A stretch of DNA of 64,000 nt from a bacterium. Lineage in GTDB: Bacteria > Bdellovibrionota_B > Oligoflexia > Oligoflexales > RGVZ01. The stretch is taken from contig JAYVPO010000116.1 of NCBI GenBank assembly GCA_043757325.1, positions 4,157-68,156 on the forward strand, given 5' to 3'. The translations under genes were made by a program, and so were the position numbers. Under the pieces are notes generated by a model. The model did not search any database. It saw nothing but the letters and a program-made list of their open reading frames with translations, and was not told where the DNA came from. Positions 19,701 to 28,092 of this stretch are shown piece by piece (within the stretch, counting starts at the first letter, position 1; each line of letters opens with the position of its first letter).

Positions 19701-21433
19701 GCAAAAGCCAACCTGGAAAGCTGGAGTTAACTATTGGTAAAACCTACCAAGATATTGTTCTTTCAGATTCTCCGGTCGTGTATGCACGACTAGGAGAATC
19801 AACTGGTTCCGTTGCAAAAAACCTAGGAACGAATGGAATAGATGGAACATATTTAGGTGGATATACGCTTGCACAGACAGGTGCCATTACAGGTTCATTA
19901 GATACTTCTACTACTTTTAACGGTTCTACCGGCTATGTTAATTTTGGAAATTCAGCTTCAGTTCAATTATCAAATGGTACAATGGAGGCTTGGTTTAAAA
20001 CTACCGACGGTGCCGGATCTTATAAAGCAATTTTTGCTAAACAAAATGCATTTGGACTTTTTATAAGTTCGTCGAGCTTACTTTTCGAAGACTGGATTGG
20101 AGGCGATCGAACTACAAGCACGGCAGTCAACAATAATGTTTGGCACCATGTCGTTGCAACATTTCAAAGCGGCGTCCCTAGCGGCACATTGGTCTATATA
20201 GATGGAGTTCTAAAACTTACTACTCAAATGACCATAAGCAATCAAACTATTTCGTTGATGGTCGGTTCTGGGAATTCAGGTGCACAATACATTGCTGGAA
20301 CAATTCAAGAAGTAGCACTTTATAATACTATTCTTACACCGACACAAATTTTAGCACATTACAATGCGGGTATTGGAAGTGTTGGAGGCTCGTGCCGAAC
20401 AACTTCTACTTTCTCAAATAATGTTTGGAATAGTATCGCAGGAATTTTTGATGGCAACAGTCTATCCCTTTTTGTCAACGGCCAACAAGAGTGTTCGGTC
20501 GCATCCGTTCCTGCGACATTTTCCACACCCGCAACGAATTTAGTGGCCGGAGCCACTGTCACCGGTACCAAAGCCTGGTCTGGATCTACGGCAGCCCTAA
20601 GAGTATATGGTACTTCAAATGGAGCAGTTGTTGGTACCGCCAGCACGGTAAACACAAATTTCGCCGCAACCGCCGATCGATTTCGTTCAAGTGCCCAGGG
20701 AAATATTGTTACGGCTGGCTTAGTACTGAACCTCGACGCGGCAAATGCTTCCCGAGGTCTCACATTTCCTAATTTGGGTTGTGCGGTGACGAGTTGGTTT
20801 GACCTTTCACTTTCTGCACTAAATGGCACACTGACAAATTTTTCAGGTTGCGGGGCCACAACTGGATGGAACGGTGATGGTGCAACTTCCGGAGCAGGAA
20901 CCTCCGGCCCATACCGTTTGACTTTTAACGGAACAAACAATTACGTGAAAATTCCCTACGTTTTTCCATTGTCAAATTATACATATGAAGTTTGGTTTCA
21001 ATCATTATCTGTATCACAAACTATTTCTTTCGTAAGTGCGGGCACGCTCGGTAGTACGGGAAATGATCGGGCACTTAGTATTGATTCTTCAGGACATGTT
21101 TGTCATTACCTTTACAGTCCTGCGCAGCAGACTATTTGCTCCACCTCTGCCTACAATGACGGCAACTGGCACAATGCGGTAGTGACACTTCAGAGCGGTG
21201 TTGCTCAAAAGATTTACGTGGACGATACGCTAGTCGCATCGGGAGGAAATAACACATCCGCTTTCAATTGGTCTACCGATTTTATAATTGGTGGTCAACA
21301 ACCAACAGTCGGTAATTACTTTTCTGGTTCAATCGCAAAAGCCGCCGTCTACGGCTCAGTTTTAACACCAGCTCAGATTGCTCAAAATTGTAAGGCGCTG
21401 CAGACTAGGTTTTCAGGCGCAATCTGTAACTAA
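13799..21433 (+). CDS. Giant lipoprotein adhesin: 3 ASH/choice-of-anchor-D-like Ig, FN3, putative-Ig (He_PIG-like) modules, six ~120-aa NGTY Ig repeats, two Big domains, three LamG domains
   Basis: Lipobox LLAGC after ATG 13799 (the track's GTG at 13775 lies inside repeat B); repeats SSTxxNGTYxxG..I.V.F; TTGILNWTP-type motif x3; LamG motifs WHHVVATF and WHNAVVT. Confidence 0.9.
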   Translation: MGFVRLNISSFFAVLLAGCNGGSQSDLANTLRGASGTEASNSTLKISPSALSFGKVVLGSEYSDQNITITNSASASIYLSDMVFSDLAPNLTTSKYFSVTSGTCTSDSPLPAGGSCTVIIRLKTPINPGSITAAGTIAFGGSLDDHPFSSTVNISATISSATSAQIGNSAISFSPTPYQFPNTSLNQNTSKIITLKNTSAFDATISSYTGVALPFSIDQNTCPAVGKTFISGASCTMTVSFQPTASGVSVNYLTANYSVAGNAGITVSSNVSLTGASGSLGTSAIAFSPATYSFGSLRVNSGSGVKTFTITNSATNSIYINSIAGFDSNYTNVSTNCPLTPSPFAAGAVCNLTVQFAPHSTGALSGNILISYDEVPGNSAFQTSLALTGTGVGVLSFAGLASIGPDTAITTSQMQLNWLAATGGTVSRYYIYQVTGGSLVYVADVASTQTSYSVTGLTANTPYTFLVRASDTLGVPDSNNSQITQNTDAVGSFPAFTIGAVAEGSTTISGNLSCTTGVVKSVAPVASFSIVSQSDAAVNCSIVGGGPYQVSCSPSYKTGHASWPSNVTARCSLDGAAIDLVTAITVNDTVRAPVLAATSNFSAIAGSAITAVDPKISAALTDADGDTMSFTCKYDTVVDGAVAGGAASCAALPATAFSFSATTGILNWTPSNAAAVGGSQPYEISITASNGLGQTTSDIFVITINGTIVNSVSSTAANGTYAIGATLPITVNFSGPVTVTGSPTLTFATTGTNGVANYSSGSGASTLTFNYTVLSGQSSAALNYLNTSALALNGGTILDVLSSPAVLTLPATGSASALALTKSLVIDGVRANVINVTSTKPDGTYGAGAAMSIQVTFDKNITVAGGTPTLLLATGTTSETASYTSTTTSNTLNFSYTVQVGDTTSSGNLNYVATNSLALGGATISDAAGNTALLTLPALVSTARLAANKNIIIDAVLPAVTNIYSNKANGFYTTGTLIDVRATFTKAVNVTGAPRILLATGSTQRYANYSSGSGSSSLVFNYTVQSGDSANLLDYVATTSFGLNGGTIKDAMLNVATLTLATPGAANSLSANASFVIDTVPATVLGVSSTLANGSYKTGQSIPIQITFSKNVTVAGGTPTLLLSTGTVNQTANFTSVTGAVATFTYVVQSGDSATLLDYVSTTSLATNSATISDMMGNSATLTLPTPTAAGSLSANKTFAIMTATPATPVISTPATGTYKTVNTFSLTGTGPAGLTISIKDASTTLGTTTGASWTYAIGTALSEGSHTFTAIASDAAGNVSAASNSVVVTVSTVPPSAPVIGTVTTPTNNATPTISGTSGASVTVNLYQAATLIGTTTASAGGTWSIVSSSLSDGVYSLTAKAVNPAGQVSTASTAVSLTINTVTPTVSGVTSSTANGTYSAGITVSVIVGFSTNMVVTGTPQIQMACGGSSPWASYTSGSGTSSLTFQFTTAPGQSTAHLDYLATSSLTTNGGTIKDTAGNNATLTLATPAAANSLYANSNIAIDALLPVVSGVSSAVTNGTYGPGTVIPIVVTFLKVVTVAVSTPTLTLGTTPNQIVNYTSGSGSTALTFAYTVQSGDVSSRLDVTSTTALSLAGSTIKDALGNNAVLTLAAPGGAGSLGNAKFLVIAGTASAQGLTASTTTQTLIATTAITPVDVNVTSTGNDNDSHGAAMSYSCTYNSGTACSSLPNTVYSFSTSTGILNWTPSASAAPSSSTTYTFTVTGTDSYHMTSSVNYSVTVQPKVVLTTFANKVFPSTYLDQGATLNLDWNNTATGTDVGVTYACVFDQIPDGAVAAGTACSSLPGIATFNTTTGILAWTPDASAWGPYELKVTGTGSASSDIKYLIVDVRQPYVKTNLIGDWDTQFANLSAPNTGAATTWNDLTTFANNGSLTATTISWPGTGVFSNPFALSFLGAEYVDFGSSTLSGITKMMFDTWIKPTSASSGDTVILGNSNDSAGNGFTLRQSKSQPGKLELTIGKTYQDIVLSDSPVVYARLGESTGSVAKNLGTNGIDGTYLGGYTLAQTGAITGSLDTSTTFNGSTGYVNFGNSASVQLSNGTMEAWFKTTDGAGSYKAIFAKQNAFGLFISSSSLLFEDWIGGDRTTSTAVNNNVWHHVVATFQSGVPSGTLVYIDGVLKLTTQMTISNQTISLMVGSGNSGAQYIAGTIQEVALYNTILTPTQILAHYNAGIGSVGGSCRTTSTFSNNVWNSIAGIFDGNSLSLFVNGQQECSVASVPATFSTPATNLVAGATVTGTKAWSGSTAALRVYGTSNGAVVGTASTVNTNFAATADRFRSSAQGNIVTAGLVLNLDAANASRGLTFPNLGCAVTSWFDLSLSALNGTLTNFSGCGATTGWNGDGATSGAGTSGPYRLTFNGTNNYVKIPYVFPLSNYTYEVWFQSLSVSQTISFVSAGTLGSTGNDRALSIDSSGHVCHYLYSPAQQTICSTSAYNDGNWHNAVVTLQSGVAQKIYVDDTLVASGGNNTSAFNWSTDFIIGGQQPTVGNYFSGSIAKAAVYGSVLTPAQIAQNCKALQTRFSGAICN

Positions 21434-21489
21434 TTTTAACCGTGGTAAGTCTTTGCATTTTAAATAATTTGTTTGCACTTACTTGAGTT

Positions 21490-21751
21490 GATTATTGGCA
21501 TTATTTGATTGAGCCCTAAGATGGCACACCAATAAAAACTTATATCGATAGCCACTTAGATGGATCAGGTGCCCGCACTAATGGTTTAATCAATACGGGC
21601 AACCTCTTTGACAATTGGCAAAGCCAGCAGCGGTTATTTTACGGGCTTATTAGCTGCAACGCAGATATATAACCGAGCACTTTAACTAGCGGAAGTCACC
21701 GCAAATTGCAAAGCTACCCAATCTCGATTTACGGGTACTGACTGCAATTAA
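21490..21751 (+). pseudogene. Decayed orphan LamG C-terminal module paralogous to the adhesin tip
   Basis: Translates DYWHYLIEP*DGTPIKTYIDSHLDGSG... then, after a frameshift, SLTIGKASSGYFTGLLAATQIYNRAL*LAEVTANCKATQSRFTGTDCN*. The adhesin ends YFSGSIAKAAVYGSVLTPAQIAQNCKALQTRFSGAICN*. Confidence 0.85.
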
Positions 21752-21765
21752 AAACATCATTTTGT

Positions 21766-21792
21766 TTAAGATTGTTCTATAAATTCCGAAAA
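21766..21792 (+). promoter_or_regulatory. sigma28-like promoter
   Basis: TTAAG-N14-TCCGAAAA upstream of the three-gene operon. Confidence 0.4.
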
Positions 21793-21837
21793 TTGAATAA
21801 GTAAAATCCTCTTATAATGGTCGGAAGAAGTTGTTTT

Positions 21838-22452
21838 ATGAAAAAATTTACACTACCATTTTTTTGCTACGGCGTAATTTTTATCGTCAGTTGTACCAGT
21901 CCTCAAACTGCAACCATCAAATTTGATGAAGAAGTAAACGTTGTCTACAAAAACGGCGAAACCAAAAAAGTTCCTCCAGGAGCTAGGGTTTCCATGCCTG
22001 ACGCGCCTTTGACCATTACAAGACCAGGAGGCGTAGCGGTAATCCTGTTACCCGTGCCAAACAAAAACGGATTGATGCAGTTAAAACTGCCGCAGCAGAT
22101 TTTGTCAAAAGAACAAACTGCGGTCCCAGAAAAATGCACTGTCGCAAATGCCGCGAACAAACTTGAAAACAGTCCGGCGCCACTTCCAGACACCAATATT
22201 GTAGTTCAAGCGGTCATTGAAGTGCAGCTTCTGTTGAGCAAACAACTTCCTGATGAAGCACTACAAAAAATAACCGTGATCAAATCTTTGTACCCGAGTT
22301 TCTCCTACATTCGCTTTTTAGAGGCTAGTAGTTACGCGATGAAAAACGATAAAAATCGAGCAAAAGAAATTATCGCACTTGCTCTTCGTGATTTCCCCAA
22401 TGACGAATCTGGCCGACAATTTGCAGTAGCTCTGGGTGTTAAAATAAATTGA
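21838..22452 (+). CDS. Lipoprotein with C-terminal TPR-like helices
   Basis: Lipobox IVSC after ATG 21838; C-terminal helical hairpins (EALQKI...YP...FLEAS...RAKEIIALALRDFPND); TTGA overlap with the next gene. Confidence 0.65.
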   Translation: MKKFTLPFFCYGVIFIVSCTSPQTATIKFDEEVNVVYKNGETKKVPPGARVSMPDAPLTITRPGGVAVILLPVPNKNGLMQLKLPQQILSKEQTAVPEKCTVANAANKLENSPAPLPDTNIVVQAVIEVQLLLSKQLPDEALQKITVIKSLYPSFSYIRFLEASSYAMKNDKNRAKEIIALALRDFPNDESGRQFAVALGVKIN

Positions 22453-24056
22453 AAAAAACATTCAGAACATTTTTATTTGTAACCGCGGTGTTTTTTTCCA
22501 TCGGCAAAGTAGCACGCGCTGGTGACAACGAAACCAGGCAAATGGTTCGCACCGAAATCACCGCAATCATTCAAAGCGCGGTTCGAGAAGTTGATCCTGC
22601 GGCGCAAGTCATCGTTAAAACATCACTTAGCAACGATAAACTTAAGTTACCCGGAACACCATTTCAACTTCAGGGAGCTTCCATAAATATACCTGAAAAT
22701 AATTTTCCATTTACTTCTCTGGAAATTGTTTTACTTTTGTCCGACGTAAAACTGTTGCCCAAAGTAAAACCAGTCATCGAAAGCATCGCCAGGGTTTATG
22801 CCAAAAAACTCACTCTTTCGAGTAAAAAACTACCAGACGATTATGTAAATTTTTTAAGCAAAAAGATCCCTAAGGATGGCTTTTTGAACCGCCGCACTTT
22901 GGAGAAGAATGTCGCAGAACTGGCCGAAAAAACCCAATCAATTCTTAAAAAAATCGATAATTTCTCGGTCAAAAGTCTAACCGAACCAAGCAAAAAATTT
23001 GCCACCGGAGCGGGTGCTGCTGGCTTAGTTTTACTTGTTCTTTGCCTTATTGGATTTGCATTTTTAATGCACATACACAGCGAATCACGGCGTATTTTGC
23101 AAGCCGGGTTAAGGTCTGTGGTTGAAGCAATTGAAAACGGTGGCGGACAAACGCATGGCTCAGCAAATACTTTTCAACAAGAACCAAACGCTTATAAAGT
23201 AACCCGTAGTCAAGGAAGCAGTAACGATTTAGATGCCATTCGCAACACTTCAGACGCCGGCCTTCTGGCACTGCTAGCTGATTGCTATTGGACCGAACAA
23301 GACGAGTACGGTGCTTTTCTTTGGCGTCGAATTTCCTCTGAACGCAAATTAAATTTTTTAATGCAAATGCCAGTCTTAGCTAGCTATGCAAGTTTTTTAA
23401 GTGACAAAAACGAAACGGACCTCGATTTTTTGCAAGATCCGTCATACTTAAATCCAATGGCAATAGAACACCTTGATATGAACACGGTCACCGACTGGGT
23501 GAAGTCAAATCCTGATGTTTTCGCAAAACTTTCTCCGCTTCGAGCCGATGCCCTTTTATTAAAACCAAAAGAACGCATCGTCCTTTATAATTCCAAGAAC
23601 GTATCCTCGTTTGCAGGACTAAAAATTCCAAACACAAAAAGTTCTGCGCGAGAATTTAAGGTAGCGTTAAGGCTTGCAATAAAAAATGACGCGGACGAGT
23701 TGGAAATCCTTTCGATTGCAGACCCTACAGTTGAAATAGTCGCCGCTACGCCGTCACTTGGTTGGTTGCTTCGGCTTGCGCCTCAACGTGTAGCGGAATG
23801 TTTACAGCGATTTTCTGCTAGAGATTTAGCTGCGGGATGGATTGGACCCGAAAATATTCTTGAAAATCTAGCAAGACTTTTGCCAGACAAAAAAAAGGCA
23901 CTTATAATGTCAATATTAAAGCAAAACGCACCCAGCCGAGATGCGCTTTCTTTTAAAGAACTTCACCGCTTTGCAATTCAAGAAATGTTTGCTAAATCGC
24001 AAGTTAGTTCTGCAGAAATCAGCGATAAGAATCTCGGAAATCGCAATGCAGCTTAG
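22449..24056 (+). CDS. Signal peptide + periplasmic domain + single TM + cytoplasmic region ending in a FliG C-terminal-like domain
   Basis: Signal peptide ending ARA; TM at about aa 188-207; C-terminal WLLRLAPQRVAECLQRFSARDLAAGWIGPENILENLARLLPDKKKALI resembles the FliG_C pattern. Confidence 0.5.
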   Translation: MKKTFRTFLFVTAVFFSIGKVARAGDNETRQMVRTEITAIIQSAVREVDPAAQVIVKTSLSNDKLKLPGTPFQLQGASINIPENNFPFTSLEIVLLLSDVKLLPKVKPVIESIARVYAKKLTLSSKKLPDDYVNFLSKKIPKDGFLNRRTLEKNVAELAEKTQSILKKIDNFSVKSLTEPSKKFATGAGAAGLVLLVLCLIGFAFLMHIHSESRRILQAGLRSVVEAIENGGGQTHGSANTFQQEPNAYKVTRSQGSSNDLDAIRNTSDAGLLALLADCYWTEQDEYGAFLWRRISSERKLNFLMQMPVLASYASFLSDKNETDLDFLQDPSYLNPMAIEHLDMNTVTDWVKSNPDVFAKLSPLRADALLLKPKERIVLYNSKNVSSFAGLKIPNTKSSAREFKVALRLAIKNDADELEILSIADPTVEIVAATPSLGWLLRLAPQRVAECLQRFSARDLAAGWIGPENILENLARLLPDKKKALIMSILKQNAPSRDALSFKELHRFAIQEMFAKSQVSSAEISDKNLGNRNAA

Positions 24057-24669
24057 GATTTTAAAAAAAAATATTTGTTCGGTTGTTTTCATTCCCTTTG
24101 TTTATATTTATGCGGATCTAGCCTTTTGTCAGATCCAAAATCCGACTCTTGAAGATGAGGCAACTGAATCAGTCACTCGGTTTCGCGTTAGCACGGTAAT
24201 GTCTCGATTTGCGGTAAATAATTCAAGCTTTATTGGTTATGGACCGGAGTTTGGGATTGAGCGTTCTCTGGCTCCAAAGTGGCTTGTAACTGGCGGTATA
24301 GGCCAAGCTTACTCTGCCAAAGAACAATTTCGGTCGCTCTATACGTCTCTCGACGTCGGGATCTTTTATAGTTTGACCGGAAAATTTACCCAATTAAACA
24401 AAATCTGGCGTGATCATGGTTACGCTGTCGGGAAATTTTCTGAGTATCGCACCGGAGGTTTGCGGGTTGGTATTGAAACACAACAGTATTATTTTAATAC
24501 TTCTACCGGACTTATTCCTTTTTCTGGAATAGCGGGGAAAATGAATTATGAATTGGGCCTAAACGGGCCATATGATCTCGCGATCGGGGTCGACGTAGGC
24601 ACGTTAGGAAACGCTGATCTTCGAGCTACTTGCACGCGCGGGCTAATAATTTTTCTGTTTAATCTATAA
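24046..24669 (+). CDS. Small outer-membrane beta-barrel protein
   Basis: Signal-like N-terminus from ATG 24046, overlapping the upstream stop; alternating Gly/aromatic strands; ends LIIFLFNL. Confidence 0.6.
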   Translation: MQLRILKKNICSVVFIPFVYIYADLAFCQIQNPTLEDEATESVTRFRVSTVMSRFAVNNSSFIGYGPEFGIERSLAPKWLVTGGIGQAYSAKEQFRSLYTSLDVGIFYSLTGKFTQLNKIWRDHGYAVGKFSEYRTGGLRVGIETQQYYFNTSTGLIPFSGIAGKMNYELGLNGPYDLAIGVDVGTLGNADLRATCTRGLIIFLFNL

Positions 24670-24721
24670 GACTCAACCTTAATTCGAAATTAAATTATTA
24701 AAAAAATCGACCACCTGGTGG

Positions 24722-26458
24722 CTACTGCAACGCTGCTTGGCAACCGTGAAACATTTCGACATTCAAGGCTCTCGGATAGAATCTCTCCAACTCATGTTTT
24801 AGTCTGACGGTGCTCACTTTTCCCAAACTTTGATAAAGTTCCGTGGCCTTAATTAAATTCGCCATAATTGCCGGTTTATGAATTTGATCGAGTAATGATG
24901 TCACTTCAAACACAGTAGGGTTTAATTTGAAAAAATGCGTTGAAGTCAAATCGATAAATTTTTGCAACTCATCGTTTTTTTGCAATGGCAGAATCGAACT
25001 AAGTTGCCTTATCAAATTTAAGTACTCACGTGCATGTGCAAAACTACGTATCTGCAGACCCGCCATTTTAAAAACATCCAATGGGTCTCTCAAAAGAAAA
25101 TTCATTTCAATCAGCTCGTAATTATTTAAAACGTAATTAAAAAAAATCGGAAAAAATTCAAAAAAAGATCTATTTCTTTTGGAAAATTTTTGGCTGTTCG
25201 TTGGAATATTTTTAAAAAAACTTTTCAAGGTATTCTGATTTGTAAAAAAATATTTGAGAACCAACTCTGATGGTTTTAAAATGCCCCACCCAGCATGTTG
25301 CTTTAATTCTTTTAAAACGCGCCACTTATTCCATCGATGAAGTCTAAGGTATCGATCTTCAACTACTTTTTCTAAATTAGGATCTTTGTAATGAATCTGC
25401 ATTAAATGAGCGAGATGATTAAAAGGCTGTGCTGATTTTCCGATAAAATAATCTACCATTTTCGCGTGTGAGAAAATATTGCGCCATTCAGGATTAAACT
25501 GATAATAATTCTGAGTTTGATCAGCGCTTGCATCAGTAATAAAATCCGATGCGGGGTACCGAGCTAAAACATTATGATTGTCCGGCCCATTTTTGGGACT
25601 TTCTCTGACCAAATCTGACATGAACCATTTGTCATAAAAAGATCTATCATCAAAAGAACGAAAGTCCTGTTTTTGACCAATAATCTGCCCCATTCTGAAA
25701 GCAAGCGAAGACCTGATTTCAGGTAGGACTCCTGCATTGTTTATAACATTCGTGTCTCCGATAAAAGGCAGCTGCCAGTCGCTTGGAAGGGATTTTATCA
25801 TCTGAGGCAGCCACGTTTCAAAAAATATTTCCTGATGACCCTGGTCAGATAATTTCTGCGCAAAAATTTGCGATCCGAATTCTAGGCCTGGGTAAATCAA
25901 GCCAGAAGTTTTTGAGATAACGGGGTTAACGTAAAACCATCCACGAAATTTCGCGCCGTCTTCAATAAAATAAAGCCGTGACATCTTTTTCAAAACGGTA
26001 GCCCATCGCAAGGGAGTAAGGTTCAGCAGGTCGGACCCTGCGATGCATTCCGCTTCGCCTTCTACAAATAATCCCTTCCAAATTCCATGTAGACGCCTAG
26101 CAGGGGTAAAAGTAGCAATTTTATTTTTCCCATTGTAATTCAATTCGACTGAGAATTTCTCACCTAAGTCCTCCTTCGCGAATAGGAGTTCATGAAAATG
26201 TATAACCGTGCGGCTTAGTTTTAGCATTTCGGTTAAGTAGGCTTTATAAACACTAAATGGAAATCTTGTGTCATTCAATCCGGTGTAATTTAGCAGGCCT
26301 TGATAGTACCTTTGTTCCAAATCTTTATTTCGGTGAAATTCTGAAATGTCACTTACATGAGCAACGATCGCATCTAATTCCGCAAGTGTTATCTTGGAGG
26401 AAGAAGCTTCCGTCGAAAAAGAAAAAAAAATTAAAGAAAAGTGCAATATCTTTAGCAC
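24722..26458 (-). CDS. Secreted hypothetical protein with C-terminal CxxxL motif
   Basis: 578-aa ORF, signal peptide, ends GCQAALQ; no family recognised. Confidence 0.7.
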   Translation of the reverse strand: MLKILHFSLIFFSFSTEASSSKITLAELDAIVAHVSDISEFHRNKDLEQRYYQGLLNYTGLNDTRFPFSVYKAYLTEMLKLSRTVIHFHELLFAKEDLGEKFSVELNYNGKNKIATFTPARRLHGIWKGLFVEGEAECIAGSDLLNLTPLRWATVLKKMSRLYFIEDGAKFRGWFYVNPVISKTSGLIYPGLEFGSQIFAQKLSDQGHQEIFFETWLPQMIKSLPSDWQLPFIGDTNVINNAGVLPEIRSSLAFRMGQIIGQKQDFRSFDDRSFYDKWFMSDLVRESPKNGPDNHNVLARYPASDFITDASADQTQNYYQFNPEWRNIFSHAKMVDYFIGKSAQPFNHLAHLMQIHYKDPNLEKVVEDRYLRLHRWNKWRVLKELKQHAGWGILKPSELVLKYFFTNQNTLKSFFKNIPTNSQKFSKRNRSFFEFFPIFFNYVLNNYELIEMNFLLRDPLDVFKMAGLQIRSFAHAREYLNLIRQLSSILPLQKNDELQKFIDLTSTHFFKLNPTVFEVTSLLDQIHKPAIMANLIKATELYQSLGKVSTVRLKHELERFYPRALNVEMFHGCQAALQ

Positions 26459-26748
26459 GTAAAAAAACCCATATTGATGAGATTCCTACTTAACATGGGT
26501 TTTTAAATTTAAAAAGAGGGAATACGGCCTTACTTATATAATTCAATGCCCGAGGAGTCTCTAAGCCCTGTTGACTCGCCTTTTCTAACACTCCAACCTA
26601 ACTAAGGCGGGTAATAAAGTATCGTTCAAAATACTTATAAACTCTGATGCTGTTGCCTACTGATGGTTTTTCAAAACAGTATCCATGAATTTCTATAAAT
26701 TGTTGAGGAAAACACACTTACACGTTATCTTAGCAATTGACTTAAATG

Positions 26749-26845
26749 GTCGCTGGCGCGAAAAGATAAAAATGACCGCGTTGACTTCAAAAACCACCTC
26801 GCCTTGTCGTTTTTTAATTTGGCACCAGCTTAGTCAGTTAGTTAC
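26749..26845 (-). repeat. RPE-like palindromic element, subfamily 1, copy E (inverted)
   Basis: Reverse complement reads GTAACTAACTGACTAAGCTGGTGCC...GACAAGGCGA...GAAGTCAACGCGGTCATTTTTATCTTTTCGCGCCAGCGAC, matching copies A and C. Confidence 0.85.
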
Positions 26846-26977
26846 TTGCAAAAGACCGGAGTTTTTGAATTGGATTCGAAATATTTTTTTTGTCAAAATT
26901 TGTTTTTTAGAAATGGAACTAACACATGCTCTTTGCGGGACTAATCTTCGATTCGGGCCTGGGTAACGAGCTGAGCG

Positions 26978-27895
26978 TTGTACATGAGCTTACATAAAGT
27001 ATCATTTCTAACCAGGCTAGTAAATCGACACGTTCCCATAACTCGCATAAAAATATTGGTTGCTCGTTTTTTACATGCGTGTTTAAAAATCGCAATGGTA
27101 AGAGACTTGCGGGTTGTAAATCGACGAGGAATTAATTTAAGTCTGGATCTCAGTGAAGGAATAGATTTATCGCTTTTTTTGTTTGGGTCATTCCAAAATC
27201 ATGTTGTTCGTGCCACTAGTCTCATTGCAGAAGACAGTATTATTTTTGATGTTGGAGCCAACACAGGAGTGATGTCATTAAAATTCGCAGCAGCTTGTCC
27301 CCGGGCAACAATATTTGCTTTCGAGCCAACTTATTTTGGTTGTGAAAAATTAAAAAAAAATCTCGAGTTAAATCCACTTTTGGCGACGCGTATTACTTTG
27401 ACGCAAACATTTGTTGCCGATTTGGAAAATGCTGGCGCTAATCTCAAAGCATATGCAAGCTGGAATCTAAATTTTGCTAAAAATGAAGACCGCGACGAAG
27501 TGCACCACGGTTTGGTAAAGGACACGACTTCAGTAGGTGCCGTCAGTTTAGATGGTTACGTAACTCGGTCTCAATTAAATCGGGTAGACTTTATTAAAAT
27601 TGATACTGATGGATACGAAGGCCTGATCTTGCAAGGAAGTAGACAATTAATCGAAAAATTTCGTCCTTACATAGTTTTTGAACTTGGTGGCCATGCGATT
27701 GCTAGGTCTAATGTTGACATTTTTTGGTTTGTAAATTTTTTTCAACACTATAATTATTCTCTCAACAATGTTGCCAACTTATTTCCTCTGTCGGCAGATA
27801 CAATTGAGTCGGCGGTTCCACGCAAAGGAACCATCGACGTTATTGCAGTCCCTGTAGAGAAAAAAATTCAATTTGGTGAGGTGTATGGCGTTTAA
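26978..27895 (+). CDS. FkbM family SAM-dependent methyltransferase
   Basis: FDVGANTG, FAFEP, VDFIKIDTDGYE, KFRPYIVFE. Confidence 0.92.
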   Translation: MYMSLHKVSFLTRLVNRHVPITRIKILVARFLHACLKIAMVRDLRVVNRRGINLSLDLSEGIDLSLFLFGSFQNHVVRATSLIAEDSIIFDVGANTGVMSLKFAAACPRATIFAFEPTYFGCEKLKKNLELNPLLATRITLTQTFVADLENAGANLKAYASWNLNFAKNEDRDEVHHGLVKDTTSVGAVSLDGYVTRSQLNRVDFIKIDTDGYEGLILQGSRQLIEKFRPYIVFELGGHAIARSNVDIFWFVNFFQHYNYSLNNVANLFPLSADTIESAVPRKGTIDVIAVPVEKKIQFGEVYGV

Positions 27896-28092
27896 ATGCT
27901 TGTTTTTTTGTAACTCGTTGCAGTCAAAATAAATTGTCGAAGGATTGGCATTTATAATTTGGAGTTTAAGAACAATATTTTGTAAAAACTACGCAGACAA
28001 TAGTTCGGTGGCGCAACTTAATTGTGATCATGACAGGATTTCTAACCCCCACAAGCCGGGTATTGAAAGACAAAAATCAGAGACTACCAGAT

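Noticed and set aside
15241-20940. Long antisense ORFs within the adhesin (and similar ones within FG-GAP, HU and flagellin genes)
   Set aside because: Shadow ORFs caused by codon bias of Thr/Ser/Ala/Gly-rich sense frames; no RBS or recognisable motifs.
21300-21751. Adhesin tip plus downstream similar copy as a DGR variable/template repeat pair
   Set aside because: Differences are not adenine-specific, nucleotide identity is low, and there is no reverse transcriptase in the window.
23941-24045. 116-nt overlap or frameshift between the 535-aa and 242-aa ORFs
   Set aside because: ATG 24046 gives a signal peptide and an ordinary 11-nt overlap.
26685-26966. 93-aa track ORF
   Set aside because: It runs through palindromic repeat E and has no recognisable protein features.
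27885-28020. Possible decayed N-terminus of a second methyltransferase (MAFKCLFFCNS...FGV.EQY) after the FkbM gene
   Set aside because: Needs several stops and frameshifts and the match is too short to support.
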